Assembly (NCBI GenBank): GCA_963807605.1 | Contig: CAWECG010000003.1 | Coordinates: forward strand, 1,056,001 to 1,120,000 | Source: Candidatus Bathyarchaeota archaeon | GTDB lineage: Archaea > Thermoproteota > Bathyarchaeia > 40CM-2-53-6 > RBG-13-38-9 | Reading direction: 5' to 3' | Length of the DNA stretch: 64,000 nt | Part shown: piece by piece, positions 20,702 through 29,730 of the stretch | Layout of the letters: the number at the start of each line of letters is the position of its first letter | Numbering within the stretch: position 1 is the stretch's first letter | Program-made: the position numbers and the translations under genes | Notes under the pieces: model-generated | Told to the model about the DNA's origin: nothing | The model's input: the letters and a program-made list of their open reading frames with translations, nothing else | The model's database searches: none

Positions 20702-21994
20702 TTACTTTGCTTGCGAGCAGTTGAGTCCCAGAATCTTCTTGGCTTTTTGGGAAGCTTCTTCGTGGATCTCTCTGAATGGCCTCTTCAACTTCAGAGCTAG
20801 ATCTCTGATATCGTCATACTCGGGTTTCAGGTTCGTAATCTTGCCCAGACGATCCTTAGCTATCTTCACATTGACCTCGACCTTCACCCCCGCAATATCG
20901 AGTTGAACTTTTCTATTCTCGCGCATTACGATCCTTCGGTGGCACGGATGTACTCTAACGCCGAGCGTCCCTGTCTCCAACATCAGTATCTCCGTGAGTG
21001 AGTCCACATCTTTCTCTTCAGCCATAACGCTGATGATCCAGCCGGGACGAGATTTCTTCCCGTAAATTGGTGTGATCGAAACGTCCCTGGCACCGGCTGA
21101 GGCAAGCCTCTCTACGGCATAGCCAATAGTCTCGCCAGTAACATCGTCAAGATTTGTTTCGAGTAGAACCACTAGATCCTCCGGGATCTCTGTTTTACAT
21201 GCTTCTCCAACCACTATCCTGAGAATATTAGGGACGTCGTCGTAATCCCTCTCTCCTGCACCGTAACCGATGGTCTGAGGCTTCATGGGTGGGAAATGTC
21301 CCAGACTCTTTTGAGCCAGATTCGTAAGGATTGATACGCCTGTCGGGGTGGAAAGTTCAAAGTCTACCGGTCCCCCAATGATTGTAAATCCCTTTCTGGT
21401 CAGGATCTCAAGCGTCGCTGGAGCAGGTGAAGCTACGGTACCGTGTGAGAAATGTAGTAGGCCACCTCCAACTGCTACAGGGGTTGCGTAGACTCTAGTG
21501 TTATTGAAGGCCGCTAGATCATCTAGGGCTTTGGCTGAACCAATTATATCCACGATAGTGTCGACGGACCCTGCTTCATGGAGAATGACTTCCTTACTAC
21601 TTCCTCTATGGAGTCTGGTCTCTGTTTCAACCAATGTTCTAATCGATTTCTCAGCAAAGTCTCGTGCTGGTGTTGACAGCTTCAATGACCGAGCTGTCTC
21701 TGCGACAACTCTGATTAGTTCAGAGCCAGACCGGTGCTCTACAGTCTCAGTAACTTCGATCTTGATCTGTTTAGCTCGGAACCCACTTCTGCTGACCTCA
21801 GTGAAATTAACATCGATCCTGTTACAACCCTCGACATGTTCTTTTATCGATCTAATGGCATCCAGAACTTCATCTGGATTGGTGCTCAAGTCTAGAAGTG
21901 CAGCAACCATCATATCCCCTGATATGCCGGCTGCCTGACAATCGATCACCACTACTCTCTGACTGTCGCTCATTTCCATCAGATTCTCAACCAA
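20702..21994 (-). CDS. larC: Nickel pincer cofactor biosynthesis protein LarC
   Basis: GISGDM, HEAGSVDTIVDI, SHG..PAPAT, TPTG, ETNLDD, KPEYDD. Confidence 0.93.
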   Translation of the reverse strand: MVENLMEMSDSQRVVVIDCQAAGISGDMMVAALLDLSTNPDEVLDAIRSIKEHVEGCNRIDVNFTEVSRSGFRAKQIKIEVTETVEHRSGSELIRVVAETARSLKLSTPARDFAEKSIRTLVETETRLHRGSSKEVILHEAGSVDTIVDIIGSAKALDDLAAFNNTRVYATPVAVGGGLLHFSHGTVASPAPATLEILTRKGFTIIGGPVDFELSTPTGVSILTNLAQKSLGHFPPMKPQTIGYGAGERDYDDVPNILRIVVGEACKTEIPEDLVVLLETNLDDVTGETIGYAVERLASAGARDVSITPIYGKKSRPGWIISVMAEEKDVDSLTEILMLETGTLGVRVHPCHRRIVMRENRKVQLDIAGVKVEVNVKIAKDRLGKITNLKPEYDDIRDLALKLKRPFREIHEEASQKAKKILGLNCSQAK

Positions 21995-22115
21995 CTACGT
22001 GTCCTCGTCATTACTAAACAGCAAAAAAATCTTGAATGAGAAGGACATCAGAACTTCAACGCTGACTTCTTTAAAGCTTTATTTGGTCTGGCCTCGATTT
22101 ATTGTTTGAAAAGTT

Positions 22116-23024
22116 TTGGATCTCATTGCGGATTTCAGAAAGTCTGTCGAGGTTCTAAGATCTAATCTCCTACTCTTTCTTCCAGCGCTAATAATATTCT
22201 ACCTCATCCCGGTGGCACTTCTGATAGTGGCTGCTTATGTCTTTGTGCCCATAATTGTTGTTGCTCTCAAAGGGGCATCTCCTCTGTCAACGTTACCTCA
22301 GGGACTGCTCTTAGGTGCCACCATAATCATTGTGCTCGCTGTGTTAGCTTATGTCTATGTTCTTTCTGGAGCGGCTAATCTGAACCATAAGGCCGTTCAG
22401 ACAGGAAGAACATCGATGGACGATTTCTGGGAGGGCTGCAAGAAGTATTTTGGCAAAGTCCTTGGAGGGGTCATTCTGCTGGGCATAATCTACGGCATAA
22501 TCATAGCGATAGGCGTTATTCTGACATTATCGATAATCCTTCCAAACATAGCAAGTATGACTTTTCCAGAGAGCCTAGGTGAATTTCCAATTCGAGCCTT
22601 TGAACCTGAAAGGTTTGCGAGACTTACCTCTTGGTTGCTGGAAGTCTTCAAGATGATTTCAGACCCGCTTTGGATCTGGCTTGTGCTCTCTACCGCCGCC
22701 GGGTTAATCTTCATATTCACCCTATTCTGGGTTCAAGCCTTGGTAGTTGATGAGGTCGGAATTCTCAGAGCAATAGGTAGAAGCATCAAATTCGTAAAGA
22801 ACAATTTCAAGACAACTCTCGGAATAATTGGCTTGTGGATTATTGCTCAAGGATTCACACGAGCAATATTCCCTGGTGGAGGGATGGGGGGCGGAGGGCC
22901 AGGATATGGTTACGGATTCGGTTTTCCGCCTCCACTTCAAGCAATCTTTCAATTGCTCATTGCAACATTCTTCACGCTTCTACTATACACTGTGTATATG
23001 GACAAGACCGGAAAGGTAGTGTAG
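22116..23024 (+). CDS. Integral membrane protein, hypothetical
   Basis: 302-aa ORF with ~6 hydrophobic helices. Confidence 0.75.
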   Translation: MDLIADFRKSVEVLRSNLLLFLPALIIFYLIPVALLIVAAYVFVPIIVVALKGASPLSTLPQGLLLGATIIIVLAVLAYVYVLSGAANLNHKAVQTGRTSMDDFWEGCKKYFGKVLGGVILLGIIYGIIIAIGVILTLSIILPNIASMTFPESLGEFPIRAFEPERFARLTSWLLEVFKMISDPLWIWLVLSTAAGLIFIFTLFWVQALVVDEVGILRAIGRSIKFVKNNFKTTLGIIGLWIIAQGFTRAIFPGGGMGGGGPGYGYGFGFPPPLQAIFQLLIATFFTLLLYTVYMDKTGKVV

Positions 23025-23170
23025 CCGCCGCGAGTACACTCAACAGTTAGGTTGCATAGGTTAGAACCGGTTTGTTGCTCTCTCGGGTCTGACTCTATCT
23101 ATGTAACTATCGCCAAGGAATTGCAGCCCAAGATCGCACTAAGAGTATATACTGGTAGTTCACCCCGCGC

Positions 23171-24296
23171 GAGCTTCTTGCAATATTATATTTTCTGTGT
23201 TAATTTTGTGAACTGGATTGGTGACCGCATTTTATCGATGTGTCCGTGCTTGATCGCGGATAAGGCAGTTGCCAGTAGAGCCAGCAGACAGAGAAGTACA
23301 TGTGATATGACGTTTCTTAGGCCGCGTGTTCGAAGCTGAGACAATCCGAAGTGTGTCTTGAGTCTTGAGAATGTTCTCTCCACTGAGGATCGACGTTTAT
23401 ACAGTTGTTTCAGACGGGCAGGTCCGTGTGAGCGGAACTTCCGGTCGATTCGTAGAACCTGTTTGCCCTTCATCTGGTTTCTAGGGTAAGGTATGATTGG
23501 TTCTATGCCCATAGATCTTGCCTTGTCTCTGAAAGCTTCGCTGGAGTATTGTGAGTCTGCAGTCATGCTCTTCCACCTATGTTTCTTCTTCAATGCTTTA
23601 TGGAGGAGGTGGGGTGCAACTTTTTTCTCATTTACATTTGCAGGTTCTATGGTGACTGCCCGCGGCATCTCGCTGATGGTGTCTACAGCAAGGTGTATGC
23701 CGTAGCCTAAGATCACGTTTCTACCTTGTTTTCGTAATCTGGCTTCAGAATCGGATAATCCACACTGGGTATTGTGAGGATCTCTTCGACTGTAAGCTTT
23801 GATGAATGTGACGTCTAACGCTAGGATTTCAGAGTCCAGAATGTCCATGTGGTCAAGCTGTTTGATCAGACGGTTCATGAGGCGGTGAAATCCTTGAGGG
23901 CCTATTCTACGTCGAAACCTCAGAAGTATTGATGGGTGATATGGATTCTCTGATTCCTTGATGTCGCAGAGTTTGCAGAGTTCACCGTCGCTCCATAGAA
24001 GTCGGTATAGTTCCTCGTAGCTTTCTATGTGTCTTAGCCGTTTGACAAGCTCTGCTTTGAACATTCCAAGTAAATTTCTATGGGGTCTGCCGACGCTGCT
24101 TCTTCTTCCATAGCTTCTTTCTAAGACTTGTTCTACAAACGTTAAATCCAAAGCCTGAAACAGATCATACAGAGCCTTACACTCGCTCACTTCTTTTTCA
24201 CCAGAAACGGCATGAGTGGGTGTAAAGCTCATCGATCTTATGATCAAAAACACGTATACATCTTCATGTTAAGCCCAAGAATATTGCAAGAGGCTA
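23171..24296 (-). mobile_element. IS5/IS1182-like insertion sequence (1126 bp), 17-bp TIR, GCGC TSD
   Basis: TIRs GAGCTTCTTGCAATATT / AATATTGCAAGAGGCTA (15/17); GCGC at 23167-23170 and 24297-24300. Confidence 0.9.
23186..24253 (-). CDS. DDE transposase (DDE_Tnp_1 type)
   Basis: LDVTFIKA, GYGIHL, PANVNE, ADSQY, YKRRSSVERTF, RGL. Confidence 0.92.
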   Translation of the reverse strand: MFLIIRSMSFTPTHAVSGEKEVSECKALYDLFQALDLTFVEQVLERSYGRRSSVGRPHRNLLGMFKAELVKRLRHIESYEELYRLLWSDGELCKLCDIKESENPYHPSILLRFRRRIGPQGFHRLMNRLIKQLDHMDILDSEILALDVTFIKAYSRRDPHNTQCGLSDSEARLRKQGRNVILGYGIHLAVDTISEMPRAVTIEPANVNEKKVAPHLLHKALKKKHRWKSMTADSQYSSEAFRDKARSMGIEPIIPYPRNQMKGKQVLRIDRKFRSHGPARLKQLYKRRSSVERTFSRLKTHFGLSQLRTRGLRNVISHVLLCLLALLATALSAIKHGHIDKMRSPIQFTKLTQKI

Positions 24297-24471
24297 GCGC
24301 GCTACCCAACAATATTGTGGGTACAACCCTTGCCAGAATGATTCTTCAGCACCGGCCTAAGTCGACAGCACGGGTCCGTCCCAAAGCTCCTGGGGTGGGA
24401 TTTGAATGGGAGAGTTAGCTACAGCTTACGTAGTGGTGAATAGCAACGACAGCTGGGAAGCCTCAGCGTCT

Positions 24472-25251
24472 TCAATTGAGCCTCCATATCGCGATCTGTT
24501 CTGTCCTTCTATACTGAATCTTCCTTTCTGCCGCCTCTACTGACAGTGACGAATGCACTTCTCGTATTACCTTCTCAAGCACATCGTCTGGAATGTCAAG
24601 AGTACGCCTGAAAGCACGTTTCTCGATGTAAGACAATCTGTCATTGATGCTTGTCTCAATCAATTCATCTTGAAGGTTAATCAGTTCCGTTGGCGGGATA
24701 GTTGCCAGAAGCTCTCTTTCCTTTCTTCGCCACTCACCGGCATGGATAGACAAAGTATATCCAACCTTTGCCGCGGCTTCTTGAAGAGCTTGCCACATCA
24801 AGTTATTGCCGCCCCCGTACGGTTCGCTATCTTGTTGTTTCCGGACGAGTGCGACGATCTCCTTCGTGACCACGCCGGTAACACTTCGAAAGATTCCGAC
24901 CGGGTCTTCAAATATGTGAAGAACGTGAACGAAAATTGCCGCATCAAACGACCTCGCTTTTATGGGCAAGTGACTTGCATCTGCCAGAATTAGCCTCTTG
25001 ATTCTCTTTTCTCTCGCCCTCTGAATCATGCCTATAGAGATGTCCACACCGACAATCTTGAGATTCCTGTCCTGAAGTGGTTTCGCAACTCGTCCCGTTC
25101 CTACTCCTAACTCTAATATGGTGCTACATCCGTCTCTTGCGAGAATGCTAACGATCTTTTCGACGGTTGCCTTCTTCAGTGGAGTTCTCGTCTCATCATA
25201 AACTTGTGAAATCCTATCAAACTGGGTAGCCGTGTTTATGACTTGGCTCAT
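24472..25251 (-). CDS. Class I SAM-dependent methyltransferase
   Basis: ILELGVGTG, GVDIS..M, ADASHLP....FD. Confidence 0.9.
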   Translation of the reverse strand: MSQVINTATQFDRISQVYDETRTPLKKATVEKIVSILARDGCSTILELGVGTGRVAKPLQDRNLKIVGVDISIGMIQRAREKRIKRLILADASHLPIKARSFDAAIFVHVLHIFEDPVGIFRSVTGVVTKEIVALVRKQQDSEPYGGGNNLMWQALQEAAAKVGYTLSIHAGEWRRKERELLATIPPTELINLQDELIETSINDRLSYIEKRAFRRTLDIPDDVLEKVIREVHSSLSVEAAERKIQYRRTEQIAIWRLN

Positions 25252-25303
25252 TTACCTTTCACCGGGCCGTCATTGATCTGTGCTCATGAAAGAAGATGAG
25301 TTT

Positions 25304-25338
<35 letters not shown>

Positions 25339-25628
25339 CTTCCCTGCCCTAATCAAACTTGCACTGCTGGGTCTCTTACACTTTCCGTCGTCCTACCATT
25401 ATCGGATTTGACAAGTGCGAATGGGTTTAGACAGGGTCCACGTTGAACCCGTTCCGCAGTGCTCGCCTCAGATGCCAGAGTTTTAAACACGCTACTTGTT
25501 ACCTCATGAAAAGTTTTGCTGGCATGGTTGATTGCTCCGCTTGGGGTGGAAAAATTGAACGTGATGACTTGCAATATGTGAAATGGGTGAGGGCGTAAGA
25601 CCTGAGCAATCATAAATGTCAAGATTCC

Positions 25629-25795
25629 ATGATAGAAGTTAAGGATCTGACCAGGAGTTTCGGGACGCTCATAGCCATCAGCAAACTGACTTTTGCGGTC
25701 AGCCAGGCGAAGTCTTCGGTTTGCTGGAGCCGAAATGATGCGGCGTCTTGAGATTGCTAGGAAGCTCATCCATTACCGGAATGTCCTGTTTCTCG
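25629..25795 (+). pseudogene. ABC transporter ATP-binding subunit remnant
   Basis: MIEVKDLTRSFG..GEVFGLL.P, then an internal deletion, then RRLEIARKLIH..VLFL. Ends within Walker B at the CGCGCGCGCG motif. Confidence 0.8.
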
Positions 25796-25803
25796 CGCGC
25801 GCG

Positions 25804-26185
25804 TAGTCTAAGCCTACTATGAGGCCTATTCATCTATCGAAGCTACTAGTTCATGGGGTATATGAGCGTAGAATCTACGCACAAAATCATAGTATGATAA
25901 GCATAGGTTCATAGTGCTTCTAAGCTTCATCAAAGCTTGCTCAAGCTTAACCTAAGCTTAACGCCAAGCTTCCCCAGCTTCAGCTAGAACCATATACGAA
26001 TACAGCTAATATAAGCTTAGGAAGCTTGAAGAAGCTTATCTTAAGCTTATGATAAGGCTTGAAAGCTATGCTTTAGAGGCTTCATCATACTAACTTTAAG
26101 GCTTGATAGTATGCTTTGGGATGATGAAATACTATAACTTTTGATGATGAAACTATGCTAATCATCATCTATAATCATGATTGAA
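25804..26185. repeat. AT-rich element with phased AAGCTT palindrome array
   Basis: AAGCTT at 25922, 25933, 25943, 25954, 25966, 26013, 26022, 26032 and 26043, plus many one-mismatch copies. Outer inverted repeat 25895-25912 / 26147-26164 (16/18). Confidence 0.85.
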
Positions 26186-26191
26186 GCGCGC

Positions 26192-27296
26192 TGGGTTGTC
26201 CCGATATTAGCGTTTTCATGTTAGGTTTGTCCAGTGTGTTATGCTTCTGGTTTTGGTGGGTTGTTTGGTGTTGTGTGAGGCTTCTATGGTGTAGAGTAGG
26301 CATAGTATGCAGTAGCTGGTGTGGATGGTGATGTTTTCTAAGCCTCTTGTTTTGTGATTGTTGAGGGTGAGGTGTTCTTTGAGTGATGCGAAGACGAGCT
26401 CTATGGTTGAGCGTTTCTTGTAGATGCGTTTGAGGTTTTCTGGGCCGTGTGTTTTGAAGTCGCTGGTTACTCTGAGGATGTTTTGTCTTTCAGGGTTCTG
26501 GTTGGCTGGGTAGGGTATCGCGGTCTTGATTTTGTGTCTTTTAGCGGTCTCTCTGAGTCTGTTGCTGGAGTATTGACTGTCAGCGGTTAGCTGTCGGATT
26601 CTGATTGCTGTGGTTTTAACTGTCATTTTGAGGAGTGGTATGCTGAGTTTCTTCTCGTTAGTGTTTGCTGGTGAGATGAGGAAGGCTAGGGGTGTCCCTG
26701 TGTCTGCATCGACTGTGAGGTGTAGTTTGTAACCTAGGCTGTATGTGCGGTAGGCTCTTCCTACACGGGCTTCAGGGTCGCTGAAGCCTGTTCTATTGTT
26801 TATGTTGCGTCTGCTGTAGGCTTTGATGAAGGTAGCGTCCATAGCGACTATCCTGGGTTTTGCTATGTGTTTCTTCAGCAACTTCTTGACCTGTTTGTTT
26901 ACTATGCGTCTTAGTCTTCTTGCGCCTAGCCGCTGGTTGAATCTTGAGAGTACCGTCCTACCGTACGCTGGCTCCTCATATCTTATGCCGCATATGTCAC
27001 GTAGCCTCTCATCATGACATAAGTGGCGTTCAAGATCACGCAGACTGCTCATTCTCAGGTAGCGTCTGGCGAGGTGTGCCTTGAAGAGTCCTAAGGGGTT
27101 TCGTGGAGGTTTACCTGGACCGTCTTGATGATAGCAGCTAACAATGAGGCGTTCAACAAACGATAAATCCAGATTACTCAGCAGTGACTCCAGAGTCTCG
27201 TACCCTTCTATCTGGAATCGCCTCCAAGTAGAAGGGTGTGGGGCTCAAACCATATGGATCTTTCCGTGTCAACTCAAAGAATATCGGGACAAGCCC
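26192..27296 (-). mobile_element. IS5/IS1182-like insertion sequence (1105 bp), 17-bp TIR, GCGC TSD
   Basis: TIRs TGGGTTGTCCCGATATT / AATATCGGGACAAGCCC (15/17); GCGC at 26188-26191 and 27297-27300. Confidence 0.9.
26216..27249 (-). CDS. DDE transposase related to 23186-24253; 5' end disrupted (frameshift or stop near 27210-27248)
   Basis: MDATFIKAYS, GYKLHL, PANTNE, ADSQY, YKKRSTIE. Homology (LDLSFVE..PPRNPLGLFKA) extends upstream of the annotated ATG at 27052. Confidence 0.88.
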
Positions 27297-27313
27297 GCGC
27301 GCTACCCTAAACA

Positions 27314-27426
27314 TGGTGGACCGGGCGGGATTTGAACCCGCGACCTTCCGGTTTCTTGATAGACGCTTGCAAACCGGACGTTCCTTGGTCTATCTAAACT
27401 AGCATACCAAACTGAACTACCGGCCC
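27314..27426 (-). tRNA. tRNA-Ala(TGC) with two introns (D-loop, 21 nt; 37/38, 15 nt), CCA encoded
   Basis: GGGCCGG/CCGGTCC acceptor stem with G3:U70; TCCGG-TT-TGC-A[intron]A-CCGGA; GGTTCAAATCC T-arm. Confidence 0.9.
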
Positions 27427-27546
27427 ACATTCTCTGTCTAGGTGATAACCTCCACAATTTAATCTTTCTTTGTTTTTTGTAGGCAAGATCCATTTGTTGT
27501 CTATACCTCGCAATTCTTCTCATGATTCATATCGATGATTAATTCA

Positions 27547-27880
27547 TGGTTAGGGTTTCACAACGCCTAGGTGGTTCAGACAGAGTACGTGGGTTGCCCT
27601 GACAGTCACAAACATAGGGACATCCATGGTCACTTTGGACTCCAGCATACTGATCGTTGGTTTGCCAATCCTGCTGAATGAGCTAAACGCATCTCTAGTT
27701 CACGGCGTCTGGATAATTCCACGGCATCTGGATAATTACGGGCTACAGGCGAGCCATTACAATCCTTCTGGTGGCAATAGGATAGATTGCCGACATGCTC
27801 AGCAGGGTAAGACTCTACGTTTTGGGATTCGCAGTCTTAACACTTGCTTCGGCAATATGTGGCTGGTCGCAGAGTGGCGC
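27547..27880 (+). pseudogene. DHA2-type MFS transporter remnant
   Basis: WVALTVTNIG..MVTLDSSILIVGLP..WII..GY..G*IADM..RVRLY..GF. Contains an 18-bp tandem duplication (27701-27737) and an internal stop. Truncated at GCGCGCGCTA. Confidence 0.8.
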
Positions 27881-27940
27881 GCGCTATCAAGCGAAAGCTC
27901 TTTGGAACTGCACACGGTCGGATGACTAAGTTGAGATGAG

Positions 27941-28088
27941 GGCCGCCGCGGGGAGTTTCACATCAACTCAGGATGTTTTGAACCCCGCCTCCAGGCTCCA
28001 TTGGCCAAGGCCTTTCCTGGGCCTTTCAGGCCTGTACGCTACCAAGCTCCGCAGAGATTTGCTAGGTCCCTTCTACGTTACGGCGGCC
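27941..28088 (-). tRNA. tRNA-His(GTG) with three introns (15/16, 34/35 within the anticodon, 59/60); G-1 encoded
   Basis: Removing BHB-flanked introns of 26, 26 and 22 nt gives CAGGC-CT-GTG-GA-GCCTG with the G-1:C73 His identity pair. Confidence 0.82.
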
Positions 28089-28185
28089 ATCGTTCTCTTT
28101 TGAGGAAGCTGTGAGAAATTTAAGCGTTTAGTGAACCCAGCGGGGAATTATCTCCGACTTTATTATTCAGACTTGACAATTTCTC

Positions 28186-28743
28186 TTGAAGGTCTTGTAC
28201 TTGGACGATTTTGGAGTCTTGGTTGGTTCCAGAAGGATCTATGACGGCAAGGTCATCAGCCTAAGGATCGACAATTTTCGCTCTCCCAGCGGGAGTGTCT
28301 TCGAGCGTGAAGTTGTTGAGCATCCCGGGGCTGTTGCGATCCTACCATTTCTGGATAATGGGCAATTATTGTTAATCAGGCAGTATCGGCATGCTGCAGG
28401 CAAAGTGCTTCTTGAGATTCCTGCTGGTACGCTGGATGACCGTGAGAAGCCTGAGGATTGTGCACGACGTGAACTTGTTGAGGAGACAGGTTACGAAGCG
28501 CAGGTTATGAAAGAAGTACTAAGTTGCTTCTTGGCGCCTGGTTACAGTAGTGAGAAGATTCACATCTTCCTCGCATCCAAGCTGAGGATGGTGGGTTCTA
28601 GGCACGAGATCGACGAGTCGATTGAAATTGAGCCGACAGATGTTAAGAGGGCTGAAGCCATGATAAACAATGGAGAGATAATTGATGCTAAGACCATAGC
28701 TGGGATAGCCTTCTTTCTATTGACAAAAGGCTCGCGAAGATGA
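28186..28743 (+). CDS. nudF: NUDIX hydrolase (ADP-ribose pyrophosphatase-like)
   Basis: REVVEHPGAV, QYRH, EIPAG..E..RELVEETG, DAKT. Confidence 0.88.
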   Translation: MKVLYLDDFGVLVGSRRIYDGKVISLRIDNFRSPSGSVFEREVVEHPGAVAILPFLDNGQLLLIRQYRHAAGKVLLEIPAGTLDDREKPEDCARRELVEETGYEAQVMKEVLSCFLAPGYSSEKIHIFLASKLRMVGSRHEIDESIEIEPTDVKRAEAMINNGEIIDAKTIAGIAFFLLTKGSRR

Positions 28744-28784
28744 ATCCCAAGGTTTATTTTTTGACTAGATAGATTCATGTTGGT

Positions 28785-28950
28785 GCGGGGGTACCCGAGA
28801 CCTCGCAGAAGTTTGCGAGGCAGGAATCAGGCCAAAGGGGCAGGGTTACAGGCAAGCAAGCCTGTAATGCCAGACTTAAGATCCTCACAAAAGGTATGAG
28901 CCATCCTGTGGCGTAGGCCTTCGTGGGTTCGAATCCCACTCCCCGCACCA
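28785..28950 (+). tRNA. tRNA-Leu(TAA) with three introns (15/16, 30/31, 37/38), CCA encoded
   Basis: Spliced form GCGGGGGTACCCGAGTCAGGCCAAAGGGGCAGGACTTAAGATCCTGTGGCGTAGGCCTTCGTGGGTTCGAATCCCACTCCCCGCACCA with a long variable arm. Each intron forms a hairpin with BHB-like junctions. Confidence 0.9.
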
Positions 28951-29205
28951 ATCTAATGGTACTCGTAAATACCATTTCCAGCGCAATTAACGTGCGCCAG
29001 TAAGTTCACGGACAGCGCCAAGAATGTAGTTTCGACGAACAATCCCGAAAGCCTGAGGAAGCATTCAAGACACGGACAATGCTAAAACAAAGAAATCCGC
29101 AAAGCGATCTGTGGCATCACAGCTATTCCTTAGAAGCAGGCATCAACACGTTTTCTTGCTGGTAAACTGGTGCATGTGCATGATTCCGTCCCAGACCATT
29201 TTATT

Positions 29206-29649
29206 CTATGTAGTCTTCCTCCTGCACCTTTCACAGATACCATAAATGTCTAGGCGTTGGCCTGTGACGGTGAACCTTGCGGTTGCAGCTGCTCTTGCAA
29301 TAGTCTCTCGTGCGCCTCGATCATCGATGTCGTTAACGGCCCCACATCGCAAGCAAACAACGTTCAGGTGAGGCTTCATATACGAGTCGAATCGTGACAC
29401 GCTATTCGAAAAAGGCAATTCTTGGACTAATTGCAGCTTTTTGAGCACTTGAAGTGTCTTGTAAACTGTGGCAAGGCTGACGGTGGGATGTTCTTTCTTA
29501 ACTTCTCCGTAGATTCCTTTTGCTGTAGGATGCTCTCGACTAGAGAGTGCGAGCCGGCAGATGGCTATTCTCTGCGATGTTGCCTTGTATCCTTTCCGAC
29601 GGAGTGCTTCAATTATCAACTGATCAGATGATATCTCACTGAGCCTCAT
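29206..29649 (-). CDS. perR: Fur/PerR family transcriptional regulator
   Basis: TSQR, HPTA, SLATVYKTL, CxxC..CxxC; divergent from catalase. Confidence 0.85.
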   Translation of the reverse strand: MRLSEISSDQLIIEALRRKGYKATSQRIAICRLALSSREHPTAKGIYGEVKKEHPTVSLATVYKTLQVLKKLQLVQELPFSNSVSRFDSYMKPHLNVVCLRCGAVNDIDDRGARETIARAAATARFTVTGQRLDIYGICERCRRKTT

Positions 29650-29660
29650 TTTGCTCGTTC

Positions 29661-29676
29661 GTTATTATCTAATAAC
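29661..29676. promoter_or_regulatory. Candidate PerR/Fur operator palindrome GTTATTA-TC-TAATAAC
   Basis: Perfect 7-2-7 inverted repeat between the divergent regulator and catalase genes, next to a TATA-like TTAAATA. Confidence 0.6.
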
Positions 29677-29730
29677 CACTCTTAAATATTTCAAGAAAAG
29701 AATCTCTACTTGAAATGTGGTAATGGAATC

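Noticed and set aside
25920-26050. AAGCTT array as a CRISPR or ORB-type origin
   Set aside because: Units are 6 bp with 3-6 bp gaps, there is no ORB consensus, and no adjacent cdc6.
27941-28088. tRNA-Phe(GAA) interpretation
   Set aside because: BHB geometry and the G-1:C73 pair support His(GTG).
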